Position numbers and translations under genes: made by a program. From Gekko japonicus (taxonomy: Eukaryota), in NCBI RefSeq assembly GCF_001447785.1, contig NW_015174315.1:82970-146969 (forward strand): a stretch of 64,000 nt of DNA, in the 5' to 3' direction. The first letter of the stretch is position 1. Each line of letters opens with the position of its first letter. The notes under the pieces were generated by a model, which was given only the letters and a program-made list of their open reading frames with translations, searched no databases and was not told where the DNA came from. Below, in pieces: positions 25,180 through 37,090 of the stretch.

Positions 25180-25702
25180 AAGCTCTATACAGTCAGTAAA
25201 AACAAGACCTGGAGCTGACTGTGGCTCAGATCATGAGCTACTCATTGCAAAATTCAGACTTAAACTCAAGAAAGTTGGGAAAACCACTAGGCCATTCAGG
25301 TTTGACCTAGATTACATCCCTTATGAATATACAGTGGAGGTGAAGAATAGGTTTAAGGGACTAGATTTGATAGACAGAGTGCCTGAAGAACTATGTACGG
25401 TGGTTCGTGACATTGTACAGGAGGCAGCAATCACCACCATCCCAAAGAAAAAGAAATGCAAGAAAGCAAAGTGGCTGTCGGATGAGGCTTTACAAATAGC
25501 AGAGGATAGAAGGAAAGCAAAAGGCAAAAGGTGAAAAGGAAAAATTTACCCAACTGAATGCAGATTTCCAGAGAACAGCAAGGAGGGATAAGGAGGCTTT
25601 CCTGAATGAACAATGCAATGTAATAGAGGAAAACAATAGAATGGGAAGGACTAGAGATCTCTTCAAGAAAATTGGAAAAATCAAAGGAACATTCCTTGCA
25701 AA
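25180..25702 (+). mobile_element. RTE/Bov-B LINE internal fragment (endonuclease C-terminus/linker)
   Basis: SVKTRPGADCGSDHELLIAKFRLKLKKVGKTTRPFR..IPYEYTVEV..KKAKWLS..ALQIA is the Bov-B signature; frameshift near 25526. Confidence 0.92.
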
Positions 25703-26301
25703 GCTGTGACGGTGTTTGAACGTCACCACAAAGCAGAAGACACTGCGCTGGTATAAAGCTATTTACAGTTTTATTTACAGACTAGCAGTAAAGCCCGTTG
25801 TGAAAGCAATACAACGAGATCTAGAAAGAGGCTCTGGGGGAGTGCTCTGGCTTTGGGCAAACAGTGTCAATTTGCTGTGGTGACCTCAGCAGGGTATAAT
25901 GACAGAGTCCACTGTTTTCTCCAGAGGAACTGATCTCTGCTACCTGAAGAGCAGTTGTAATTGTGAGTGATCTGTAGCCCTCACCTGGAGATTGGCAGCA
26001 ATTGTTACCCAGGACAAAATGGCTGGTTTGGAGGGTGGAGTTGGCAACCCCATCTCCTTGCCAGCTAACCATCAACCTACCATTATCTGCCCCTTTGACT
26101 TCAGCTGACTTCTGCCCTCCCTTCTGCAGAGCAGTTGTAATTCTGAGTGCTCTCCAGCCCTCACTTGGAGATTGGCAACAATGGTTCCCTATGTGGGACT
26201 GATTGGTTTGGTGGGTGGAGTCTATGGCATTGTACCTGTCTGAGGTCCCACCCCTCCTCAAAACTCACCCTCTTCAGGCTCCATCCCTCAAATCTCCAGG
26301 A

Positions 26302-26514
26302 ANNNNNNNNNNNNNNNNNNNNNNNNNNNNNNNNNNNNNNNNNNNNNNNNNNNNNNNNNNNNNNNNNNNNNNNNNNNNNNNNNNNNNNNNNNNNNNNNNN
26401 NNNNNNNNNNNNNNNNNNNNNNNNNNNNNNNNNNNNNNNNNNNNNNNNNNNNNNNNNNNNNNNNNNNNNNNNNNNNNNNNNNNNNNNNNNNNNNNNNNNN
26501 NNNNNNNNNNNNNN
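26302..26514. other. Assembly gap (213 N)
   Basis: Run of N within a cluster of AGGGTTGCCA-type repeats. Confidence 1.
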
Positions 26515-27639
26515 AGTTCCCCAGGAGCCCCATCGTAAATGCACCAAACAATTCCTAAAGATTTTCCGAAACACTACTCTGTCGATAAATTGCAACAGTT
26601 TGAATTAGCACCAAAGCTTTAAGAGCTCTCCAGCTGTCACCTGGAGACTGGCAACAGCTTGTCTGGAGTGTGGGCAGTATGGCATTGTATCTGTCTGAGG
26701 TCCCCCTCTTCCTCCTCCTCCTCAGACCCCACCCTCAGCAGGCTTCATCCCTAAAATATCCTGGAAGTTTTCAACCTGGAGTTGGCAACCCTATGTCCTT
26801 TCCACGCAACCATCAGCCAACCTTTATCTGCCTGTCTGTCTTACGTTTTACATCCCCCCCCCACAGCCTCTGGCTAGGGAAAGGGCAGTCTTTCCATGCA
26901 GTGGGAACCAAAGCAGCTGACATCATTCTCCTCTCCCCCGTATGATCCGCACAACTACCCTATGAGGTATGTTAAGGTTGAAAGTGTGTGAATGGTCCAT
27001 AATCCCCCAGGCAGCTTTTAAGTGAGGACATATGTTACCTCAGAATACAGCAGTTCCCATATGCAACTGAAAATTCCAACTGCCTTGCGGGGGGGGGGAG
27101 TTTGAGGTGTGGAATGGAGTGAAGTCCAATCAGCTTCCACATGCAAAAGACCTTGAAACGCTGGGCGGGACTGCACAAAGCAGCCAGTCAACCCAGCCAG
27201 CGTCTTCTGAGTGGCAGTTCTTCCGGCCAAACACTAAAGGGGCCAAATTTAGAACGTTGCAATATAGAACGTTGCTATTCAATTATAATAAGGGAGAGAT
27301 ATTTACACAGTCCTTGTAGTCACTCCAAAACAGGCTGTTAGTCCAACAGGGTGCTACGCCAGGCATCAGTAACCATGTAGGTCAGTCAATGCACAGTACA
27401 CGGCAGGATATATACAGCAGTCAGCCAATCACAATACAATTGCCGAGTCATAGTAACTCCATACAAAGCTGATATATAAGACGTATAATATAAGACGTGC
27501 CACATTTCCTGAGAATTTCCTTTGCCTTCAGCATGTTTAGAACCAATAAATTTGTGTCAAGGGCCCAGTTTGAAATTTAACTGTGCAGAAACCAACGTGT
27601 TGAAATAAATAATTTCACAGCTCTCTGTTTCGTCAGCCA

Positions 27640-27645
27640 TTTATT
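27640..27645 (-). terminator. Probable SMG8 polyadenylation signal AATAAA
   Basis: First minus-strand AATAAA, ~350 nt after the SMG8 stop, with T/GT-rich sequence downstream. Confidence 0.6.
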
Positions 27646-27997
27646 TCCACTCAAATGACTCATGCTGTCAGGATCCAGAATCTATGTGAATGTTCCATTG
27701 TATAGCTGTTTTACAAATCAATCCCCCCCCAATATATGGAATTGCAATGGGTTAGCCAGAACCTGTCTTCAGTATGACTATTCCTGCCTTTCTCAGCATC
27801 CTTTTTGGCACGCATAGATCATTTCAAAATTGTACATATACTGGTTTCATGAAATCAAAGCAGTGATTACTTTCAAAATCTCAACAGTGAGTAATCAAAA
27901 TCCGTCATACATTTCAGGGGAATGCTGGGGATGGGGGGAGAGGGGGAAAGGAAAAATAACTTCCAAAACTAATTCAGTCTTTGAGGTCCAATAGTTG

Positions 27998-28195
27998 CTA
28001 TTGTACCACAGCCTTTAGAATCCCTCGAATAACCTTGTAACTCATCAACTGCTGGTTTTCTTTCGGAAGAAAGCAGGGCCCCCGTTCTGTCACATAAGCA
28101 TAAGGAAATCGAAGGACCCACAGTCCGTCAGGAGGAAGAGTTATCTCTTGCTTCTCAGGGTAAAATATCGGGCAAGGAGGGGGCCCTGGTTGGAC
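27998..28195 (-). CDS. SMG8: SMG8 exon 4 (terminal; VQPGPPPCP...LKAVVQ*)
   Basis: Matches the SMG8 C-terminus; ttccag| acceptor; TAG stop; 198 nt. Confidence 0.96.
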   Translation of the reverse strand, partial: VQPGPPPCPIFYPEKQEITLPPDGLWVLRFPYAYVTERGPCFLPKENQQLMSYKVIRGILKAVVQ

Positions 28196-28319
28196 CTGGA
28201 AGGGGTGGGAGTGGAAAGAAAAGCAAGCAGAAAATAGCGTTAGTGACTCCAACAGGTGAATTTAACAAAGCTATTTTAATTCCCCCCCCCCCCCTTTAAC
28301 AGAAGGACAGGAGTGAAGG

Positions 28320-28500
28320 TGGCCTGGTATAGCCCAGACTCATCAGATCTTGGAAGCTAAGCAGGGTTGGTAGTTGGATGAAAGACCACCAAGGAAGACC
28401 CCGCAGAGGAATGCCATGGCAAACCACCTCTGCTTCTCACCTGCCTTGAAAGCCCTTTGCTGGGGTGCCATAAACAGTTGCAATTTAATAGCACTTACAC
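28320..28500 (+). mobile_element. 5S rRNA-derived SINE
   Basis: AGATCTTGGAAGCTAAGCAGGG..TTGGATG..AGACCACCAAGGAA. Confidence 0.65.
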
Positions 28501-29214
28501 CAACAGAAGTATACAAACAAAAGAAGCCGCCTTATGCCAGGTCAGAAAACTTGACCCTCTAGCTGAGCACTGTCTGCTCTAACCGTCAGCAGCTCTCATG
28601 CAAAGGAATGCTCTCCCTTGCATCTGCCATCTCAGATCCTTTAACTGGAGATGCCAAGGACTGAACTGGAGATTTTCTGCATGCCAAGCACATGCTCTCC
28701 CGCCAAGCCACAGCCCCTCCAGAGGAAAGGGCTACACCAAGCTTTACTTGGTGTTGCTGCATAGACACATGAATGCACACGAAGCTGCCTTAATACTGAA
28801 TGAGACCATCAGTCCATAAAGGTCAGTATTGTACACTCAGACTAGCAGCGACTCTCCGGAGCCGCTTGTGGATGTCCTTCACATCATCTACTGCCTGGAC
28901 CTTTTTTAACTCGAGAAGCCAGGGATTGAACCTGGGACCTTCTGCATGCAAAACAGCGTCTCTACCACTGAACCACAGCCTCTCTCCAACAGATTTGACA
29001 ATTCAGACACCGTATCACTTGCTACTAATAACTTCTGCCCCCATTCGAGTGTTTCAGAGCTGCTGTAACGTTGCGAAAGTCACTTCAGTTTAACACTGTA
29101 AAAAGTTTTTTTTAAAAAAAGTACAAACTCACCGAGATAAACCAAATTGTTCCTCCCCACCAATGCAGCACAGTGGCTAGGGACCTTAGATGAATTGTGA
29201 GCCAGTACCCAGAC

Positions 29215-29290
29215 AGGAGGGCCTGGCGGGAGATGATCCATGGGGTCGCGAAGAGTCGGACTCGACTGTGCGACTGAACAACAACAACAA
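29215..29290 (+). mobile_element. Bov-B 3' tail
   Basis: GTCCATGGGGTCGCGAAGAGTCGGAC-like core followed by GACTGAAC(AAC)n. Confidence 0.75.
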
Positions 29291-29779
29291 CCCAGTACAA
29301 ACCTTCAGTCAGCCATAGGCTGCCTTCTTTACAGGGCTGTTGTACGGATGACTAAGATAACATATGTGGAAAGCTCCGAATACTCCAATATGATATACAA
29401 AACACGAAGTATATTTTATTACTGCAGAATTGGAGAACATGGGAGGTTTCCGGTGGAGGATTGGAGACACTTGTAGCATTGGCTCTGATAATGCTAAGTA
29501 CTTTTTAAATTTTAAACACCTCAAAGACTCTCTTTTCTCAGCTGATTATTTACTATTCCTCCCCCTCTCTGATAGACTTGAAAGCTCCGAGGACAAAAGT
29601 CTAAATATTTAACATTGTTTTTTACTGCAGAATTGTGATACCATTCAGGTGTTAAGACAGTGGTTTTCAAGCTGCCTTTACACATGGACTGTTTAATTAG
29701 TAATTCCTGCATATCTGTCATGGAATCCTGGCATGTGGCAGAAGATTCTGGGGCGAATTGGAGGGATACCATTCAGTTC

Positions 29780-29960
29780 CCAGTCTAGCCTGATTTCGGA
29801 AGCAAAGCAGGGCTGACCCTGGTTAGTACTCAGATGGGAGACCACCAAGGAAGTCTAGGGTTGCTACGCAGAGGCAGGCAATAGCAAGCCACCGCTGAGC
29901 ATCTCTTGCCTTGAAAATCCTCAGGCTGCAATAAATTGACTGCGACTCGACGGTACTTCC
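29780..29960 (+). mobile_element. 5S rRNA-derived SINE
   Basis: CCCTGGTTAGTACTCAGATGGGAGACC (5S-like) plus RTE-like tail. Confidence 0.7.
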
Positions 29961-30136
29961 TGCCACCCATTCACTTTGTATCCCACCCTTTCTCCAAGGA
30001 AATCAGGAAAACCTGAGCATTTCCATGGAACAGTTTAACAACTAGTGCTAACAACAAAGTCATTTCTTCTTCTGCAGTGGTCATACGCCACAGCAAGGAA
30101 ACCCCTTCAGTCCTTCCGTAACAGCACCCATCTTAC

Positions 30137-31012
30137 CTGCGGTGTCAGTATTATCTGGAGAGGCGCATCGGGAACCACAACAAAAAGTCTCATCAGCTGA
30201 GCGTAGTGTGGTTTCAGCCCTCGCCCCGGGTTGGATGACAAGATGTACAAAGGCATATCGGAGTTGAGAGCTTTGATGGCCGATTCTTTCGGTCCCCCTC
30301 CCATCACCTTCATGACTTTCTCCGGCCCGGAACACATGAACCTCCGGCCGCGAGCATCTTCGTACTCAAACCCCACAAAGGCACGAGCCACATCGTCCCG
30401 ACGCCTTCCTCTCCCCATGACGACCGCGCTTCTCTTCCCGGGAATGGCCTTGTTGGGAGCTGGCCAGGAATTAGTGTCCAGGTCTCCCTCCTCTTCAGTC
30501 CTTGTCCTGATCACGATGTCCCAAGGCATCAAATAGTTTGTCCCTAGGATGAAGCCCTGCTGGTCTAAGCCAGTGTGGAAGTTGTAAGCCTTGGCAGGGC
30601 CGAGTTTCACCAGTGACCAGCTGGAAAATTTGGGCAGAAGACCCTTTGGGCAATTCGAGTGGAGCATCCCAGGGAGATACTCCACCGTGGATGCCTGACG
30701 GTCTACCAAGCTTGGCCTCTTTTCCCCTTTGGATTCTGCAGCCTGCCCATGAGCCTCTGTGGTGTCCCCTCCACCTTGTGGATCCGCAGGGTAGGTACCC
30801 AAACTATCTGTGGACTGGCCCAAGCTGAGAGCTAAGCTCAGGCTGGTGCTTTCGCCTTGAGTTTGCGGCTCCTTCTCCTTCAGTTTTTCCACTTCCCCTT
30901 CCAAAGGGCTGGCCGACGATTCATTCTTGGCCGGGGCCGGGTCTGGTGTACTCGGCTGAAATATGGGGAAGTTGATATGATCCAGTTTGCCGCAACATTT
31001 CTCTTCCAACAG
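30137..31012 (-). CDS. SMG8: SMG8 exon 3 (876 nt; LLEEKCCGKLDH...QIILTPQ)
   Basis: Near-identical to vertebrate SMG8; tttcag| acceptor, CAG|gtaaga donor. Confidence 0.97.
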
Positions 31013-31084
31013 CTGAAAGGGGGCAATGGGGGAGAAGAGGTAATATGTTAAAAATTTTCAATAGAGAGATAACTATGTTCCCAG

Positions 31085-31760
31085 CAGATAGATCAAGGTG
31101 GGTAGCCGTGTTGGTCTGAAGCAACAGAACAAAGTTAAGAGTCCAGTGGCACCTTTAAGACCAACAAAGTTTTATTCAAGGTTTCGTGTGCATGCACACT
31201 TCATCAGACGATGAAATGGAATTCCATATCATAGTTGCATATACAGGAGTGCTTTGTTAAATCAGCACGTAAAATAGTGAGGACACTTTTTTTTTAACAG
31301 ATCCCCCCCAGATGAACTTAAACAGATGATTACCAGGAACTAAACTTGTCATTCTTTTGATCTGTTTTTTTTTTTTAAAGTGTCCTCACCAATGTTCCCG
31401 CTAAGCTGTGGAGTCTCATGAGCAAAAATTCTACTTTGTGAGCTACTGGCATTAAAGTTGTGACCGAGCCATTTGGCACCTGCATAAAATAGTTCACTCT
31501 GGAGCCATCCTTCCTGAGCTAAGACAAAAATGTGTGAGCCAGAGGCAAAAAAACTGTGAGCTAGCTCACACTAACTCAGCTTAGAGGGAACACTGGTCCT
31601 CACTATTTTGCATTCTAATTTAACCCGTATATATACAAGTATGATCTGTAATTCCATTTCATTGTCTGACGAAGTGTGCATGCACACAAAAGCTCACACC
31701 TTGAATAAAACTTTGCTGGTTTTAAAGATGCTACTGGACTCTAACTTTGTTCTATGTTCC
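31085..31760. mobile_element. Penelope-like foldback (inverted terminal fragments) containing a nested MITE
   Basis: GAGTCCAGTGGCACCTTTAAGACCAACAAAG..GTGTGCATGCACACTTC mirrored at ~31650-31756; similar inverted pairs at ~32545-32720 and 56651-56798. Confidence 0.65.
31390..31595. mobile_element. ~206-bp hAT MITE
   Basis: TIR CA(A/G)TGTTCCC(G/T)CTAAGCTG; perfect 8-bp TSD GTCCTCAC. Confidence 0.9.
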
Positions 31761-33849
31761 CAGCCGCACAAAGATCCCCAAGACACATCTGCATAAATGG
31801 CTGTTTTCCTTTCTCTCCTCCAGACAGCATTCTGCTTGCCATTTACAACCCCCAGTAAAAGTTTCTCTCTTCGCTTTCTCATTCTCAGACTGATCTCTGC
31901 TTGGTAAATCCCCCCCCCCCCAATCACTACGATAGGGCTGTGAGGTAAGGTAGGCCGAGAGAGAGAGTACAATTTGGTCAAAATCATCCAGTAAATTGTG
32001 TGGCTCAGCAACAGTCCCATAGCCAGAAATTTTGGGTTGGTGGGGTGTGGGGAAATTTTGTGGGGCAGCAGGGGAGGGGTCCGATCAGCTGGAGGACCAA
32101 TTTTAATGCCACAGGAGGGAGAGGGGCAGCAGCTGCTGTGGGCCGTGCCTCACATTTGAGGGGGCAGAGCCCCAAAATGCACCACTGTAGCTACGGGCCT
32201 GCTCAGCAGGGATTCGAATCTGGTCTCAATGCAACATTGTCCACTACAGAAGACTTGTCCCTTATGTGTCCCGCCAGACCTGAATTTTTATTTTCTTTTA
32301 CAGCTCCTGGCTGCTGCAGATCCCTTAGAAAATAGACCACCTGGCCCAACAGAGCAGTGAGAAGCCCTGGACCAATTATTCCCTTTGGAAATTGTACATG
32401 TGAGGAAAACACTTTACATGTCCTGCAATTAGGCCCCTCTGCTTCTGTTCCTGCCAATCTAGAGGCCGGTTGACAGGCTGATTTGGAGACCGTCTCTTTA
32501 CACTACCCAAAAGCCCACGGTTAGCAGCCACAGCAGCTTCTGTACCTGATAGTTTCAGAGGGTGGCCATATTGGTATGAATTAGAACACCAAGTTCAGTA
32601 GCACCTTAGAGATGAACAAAATTTTGGGGTATGCGCTCCCTTCATCAGATACAGCTCTTCTCCAAAGCTCACACCCTGAAAATCTTGTGGGGCTCAAATC
32701 TAACTGTTCTATGACTGACTAACCGTCAGCTGGATATTGAAGTCACCATCAATTACCGCAGCTGAATCTCAAGAGCCACACTCATCTATTACGTAGCTGT
32801 GGTAAGCCAACAGCCACGAAGCACCTGTTTGCAAAGTATTTCAGTCTCCTTTGGGGGCTACCTAGGAACCACAGCCAGGAAAACAGGTAACCCAAAGTGC
32901 AACACAAAGATAAACCATCCTCTCCCAATGCAGGCTGCCCCCTTTCCTTAGAGACATCCCACTCCCCCCGGCTCCAAATATGTCTGCCTTGCCTCAATCA
33001 GAGCCAGAGCCTTTTCAGCTCTGGCTTAAAGGACTTTCCCCCCTTGCTAAAGCAGAACTTGCTCCATCAAGAATAAACGTTTCCCTTTAAAGCAGCAAAA
33101 CACAGGGACATTGTTTCAACCAAGTGGTGAAAAGCTACAGCTACAATTTTATTAATATTACAACAAGCTAATTATTTTTGAAATTTAAAAAGTCATCTTA
33201 CAGTACAAGAAGATATTTCAACCTGTACTATTTCAAAAGAGTACTATTTAATCTTCCACTCAGAATACTCACTATCATGGTTGTTTAATGTCTGTGAATT
33301 TAAAGTTTTACAAGAGCTGCAAAGTGGGGGTATAAATGAAATAAATGAATAAACTGGACAGCCATCTGGATAAAAAGCTGGGAAGACAAAGGATTCCTGC
33401 AGTCAGGAAACTCCCTACTGCTTGGGGGGAAAGACTCCTTCTCACAAAACACCAGCCATGGACTGCTACAAATAACCGTGCAAGGGGACTGTCTGCATTA
33501 CCCAGACTGAAAACCATAAGCGGCTGTGGGCAGGAGTGCCTTTTACCAGTGTCACCCAGTTAGCCTGCTGTAGCCTGTCCTGGGCAGAAATTATTTGGGT
33601 GCTGTAGCGATCCTGCCTACCTGCCTTATGTCTTAATTGTTGTTTTCAGGTTTTCATATGTTTATTTTAACTTCTTTTTAATGATGTGTTTTTGTTTGGT
33701 TTTAATGGTTGTTAAGATGGCTTTTTATTATGGCACTTAGTCAACCAAACTTCACCGTCTTTCATTAAGTTCACTAGCTGTCCTGAATTGTGAATTGAAA
33801 TTAAAAAAAATTAAATATATTTCATATTACATATTTTACTTACATTGTA

Positions 33850-34050
33850 GCCCTGACCTGGATGGCCCAGGCTAGTCCAGTCTTATCAGATCTCAGAAGC
33901 TAAGCAGGGTTGGCCCTGCTTAGTATTTGGATGAGAGATCTCCAAGGAATACCAGGGCTGTGACACAGAAGCAGAAAACTGCAACCCAACACTGAATGTC
34001 TCTTGCTGTGAAAGCTCTATAAAGTCACCATAAATCGGCACTTTACACAC
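33850..34050 (+). mobile_element. 5S rRNA-derived SINE
   Basis: AGATCTCAGAAGCTAAGCAGGG..TTAGTATTTGGATG. Confidence 0.65.
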
Positions 34051-34293
34051 ACACCTACCCACGTTGTATGCTGCCTTTAGCTTCGTAATGAAGAAAGTCA
34101 GCTAATAAATGTTTTAAATAAACAAAACAATTACAAATGTTTTTGATTTGTTAGGTGCCTTGCTGGCCTTGATGAGGGCAGAAAGGCAGGGTATATGTTT
34201 TGTAAATGAATAAATAAAAAGCCACATTTCTTTGTCAAAGGATGGAGACTCAAGGTGCTAGTCAAGGAACAGAGAAGTCGATAAGCAGATTAC

Positions 34294-34439
34294 CTGATAG
34301 AAATCATAATTTGCTGCTTTGATGTCAAAGGGATCGTCTCTGGGTGCCTGCTTCCTTCCACAATTGCAGGCCCCAGTGGAGCGAGCACGGCTGTTGTGGT
34401 ACAACACTGGTGGGTTCCGATCCGGTTCAGGTTTTTCCC
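34294..34439 (-). CDS. SMG8: SMG8 exon 2 (146 nt; (G)EKPEPDRNPPVLYHNSRARSTGACNCGRKQ...NYDFYQ)
   Basis: Not in the ORF track; translated by hand; caaag| acceptor, CAG|gtaatc donor; phases 1->0 fit the flanking exons. Confidence 0.96.
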
Positions 34440-34824
34440 CTTTGAAGTGAAGCCAAACAGAAAAGTATTTGTTACTCCCCTTTGGAAAACTCTGCCAGCT
34501 TCACTTGACTCTTACATTGCATAGAATTCAACAGCCTACAATTTTCCTACAATTTTTAAAAGCAAGTTTCCAGTGAAAACACAGCCATCTAACAAGACCA
34601 AGAATATTTTTTCCTAGAAGCAATGAGAGAGTTCTGGGTGAGCATTTGCAGCTATAGTTGTGTTGTTGTTGTTTTTTTAAAAAAACTGTATCACCACAGA
34701 TATTTTGTACTGAACCTTGAGTCGTTAAGACAGGCAAGTTTAAAGATCTAATTTAAAAAACTGCCAGAGGTAAAGCGAGTTGGGACAATGCCTACCACGT
34801 GCAACCCACGAGGTTTTATGATGA

Positions 34825-35015
34825 GCAGCTCAGTGGTACAGCATTTGCTTGGCCTACAGAAGGCCCCAGATTCAATCCCTGGCATCTCCAGTTAAAAGGA
34901 TCAGGTAGTGGGTGACATGAAAGACCTGAGACCCTGGAGAACCACTGCCAGTCTGAGAAGACGATACTGACCTTGATGGACTGATTATCTGATTCAGTAT
35001 ATGGCGGCTTCATGT
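34825..35015 (+). mobile_element. tRNA-derived SINE with CR1-like tail
   Basis: AGCTCAGTGGTA..TTCAATCCCTGGCATCTCCAGTTAAAAGGATC; related copies at ~28530-28980 (-), 46030-46150 (-), 46655-46850 (+). Confidence 0.65.
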
Positions 35016-35750
35016 GACTCCCAAAAACTTATGCTGAAATAAACTTTGCTAGTCTTTTGTCCCACACATCTCACCCCTGTTCTATCCAAGTTCCCAGGAA
35101 GACCTGATAAGTTCCATAGAAATCTCCTTCTTGGAGACCGATCTAGAGAGACCACCTCTAAAGGGGCCATATTCTGTGCTGACACTTTGTCCATAAGAAA
35201 GCAGATATTCCAAACCTTTTAATAATGTCTAATGTATAATCAATTATATCTATTTATTTATATTAATATTAATTCAATTTATACCCCGCCCTCCCCGCGA
35301 GCGGGCTCAGGGTGGCTTACAGCATTGGCACCAATTGCCGATAAAACCATAAAACAGTACAATACCGATAAATTCCTAAAATCATAAGGTGCTATTACTT
35401 ATACAGTTCATTGCTTGCGGTGGCATGCTAGAGATGTCGACAACTGCTGAATTCTGGCTCAGTGTCGTCCTGAATCACTCGATGGTGTGAGCCAGATGTT
35501 AAAGCTGAGGGCCAGGCCTGTTGATGGTAATAGTGGGGGCGGCTCCTAGTCGAAGGCCTGGTGGAAGAGCTCTGTCTTGCAGCCCTGCGGAACTGTAAGA
35601 GATCCTGCAGGGCCCTGATCTCTTCTGGGAGCTATGAATTTTAATTCCTGTATATTAATTTTACATTTGTATGTAAACTGTGCTGGTAAACTGCTTGGCT
35701 GGTTTTCAGTCACAATAAATGTTAACGAAGAGTTTTGTTAGTCCTTAAAT

Positions 35751-36141
35751 CAGAGGTGTCAAACTCATTTGTTATGAGGGCTGGATCTGGCATAAATGTC
35801 ACTTTGTTGGGCCGGGCCATGTGTGCCATAAAATGTAATGCCAGGCACCGGAAATATAAACTTTATAAAGGACACAGGCAAACCCAATTGACAATATTAT
35901 TTTTACTCAAAATACAAACAAAAGCAATTGATTTCTAGCAGTGAAAACAACTGATTTACTGGGGAACCTACAAAAGCCCCAATAAATGTATTTAATAATA
36001 TGCAAGACTAAGTTTTTTCCCCAAGGGATACCATGAAAGGGGGAGTACCTGACATTTCCGTACATACCAGTTGCTTGCGGGCCGGGTAAGACCCCTGGAT
36101 GGGTCGGTTCCGGCCCCTGGACTTTATGTCTGACACCCCTA
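35751..36141. mobile_element. hAT (Charlie-like) MITE
   Basis: CAGAGGTGTCAAAC...TGACACCCCT; degenerate TSD CCTTAAAT/CTTTAGAT; same family as 45592-46022. Confidence 0.75.
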
Positions 36142-36290
36142 CTTTAGATTTTTTATTTTGCTGCTATGGACCAATGTGGCTATCCAGCTGGAATCCATTA
36201 AGCTGTGAAGAGTTTAGCAGACATTGGCTGCATAGTTTCCTTCCTTACAATGTTACCCATAAACTAGATTTGCGGGCATAGCCCTTCGTA

Positions 36291-36551
36291 AAGAAGAAGA
36301 AGAGATTGGATTTATACCCCACCCTTCACTCGGAGTCTCAGAACGGCTTACAAACTCCTTTCCCTCCTTCTCCCCACAACAGACACCCTGTGAGGTAGGT
36401 GGGGCTGAGAGAGCTCTGAGAGAAACTGCTCTTGAGAGAACAGCTCTTATCAGAACTATGGCTTGCCCAAGGTCATCCAGCAGCTGCAAGTGGAGGAGTG
36501 GGGAATCAAACCCGGTTCTCCCAGATTAGAGTCCATGTACTTAACCACTAC
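36291..36551 (-). mobile_element. tRNA-derived SINE (Squam3-like)
   Basis: Same family as 3279-3553. Confidence 0.8.
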
Positions 36552-36627
36552 TTAATAATAACTCTCCAAAATTCTGGCACCTATATAAAAAGGGGTGGGG
36601 GAGTGTGATGTAACCATCCCCCTAAAC

Positions 36628-37078
36628 TAGAGATTTCCAACATGGTGCCCACAGGCATCACGGTGCTCACTGACATGTTTCCTGGTGCCACCAAGTATTT
36701 TTAGAATGTGGGTGTAGCTAGGTTGGGGGGCTTGGGCCCAGCAGGGCTTCGGATTGGCTGTTCTCGGAGATCTGATTGCCTGAGCTGCTTCTGTAACAGC
36801 TGCCACCACAGCATCAGGATCTTCACCGTATGACTCAATTAAGCTGTGTGTCTACACGACAACACTTCTAAACACTATGTTCATTTTAAAAGGCATCCCA
36901 TTTAACAGAGCTTCTGCCTGAAATGTTGAAGAGTTACTGCTCGAGTTGAGCATGGTCTCACCCCCCTGGCATTGTGTGGCTAGCTCTGCCTCCCTGGCAG
37001 CCATTTTGCAGTTCGACCCACCGCCCTGTGTCAGAATTCCAAAGGTGCCTTTAGGCTCCAACCGACTGGGGACCCTTG
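36628..37078. mobile_element. hAT-type MITE abutting the SMG8 exon 1 donor
   Basis: Family shared with 11472-11872; TSD CCCTAAAC (36620-36627) / CTCTAAAC (37079-37086). Confidence 0.65.
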
Positions 37079-37090
37079 CTCTAAACTCAC

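Noticed and set aside
26147-26608. ORFs with X runs
   Set aside because: Produced by the N gap.
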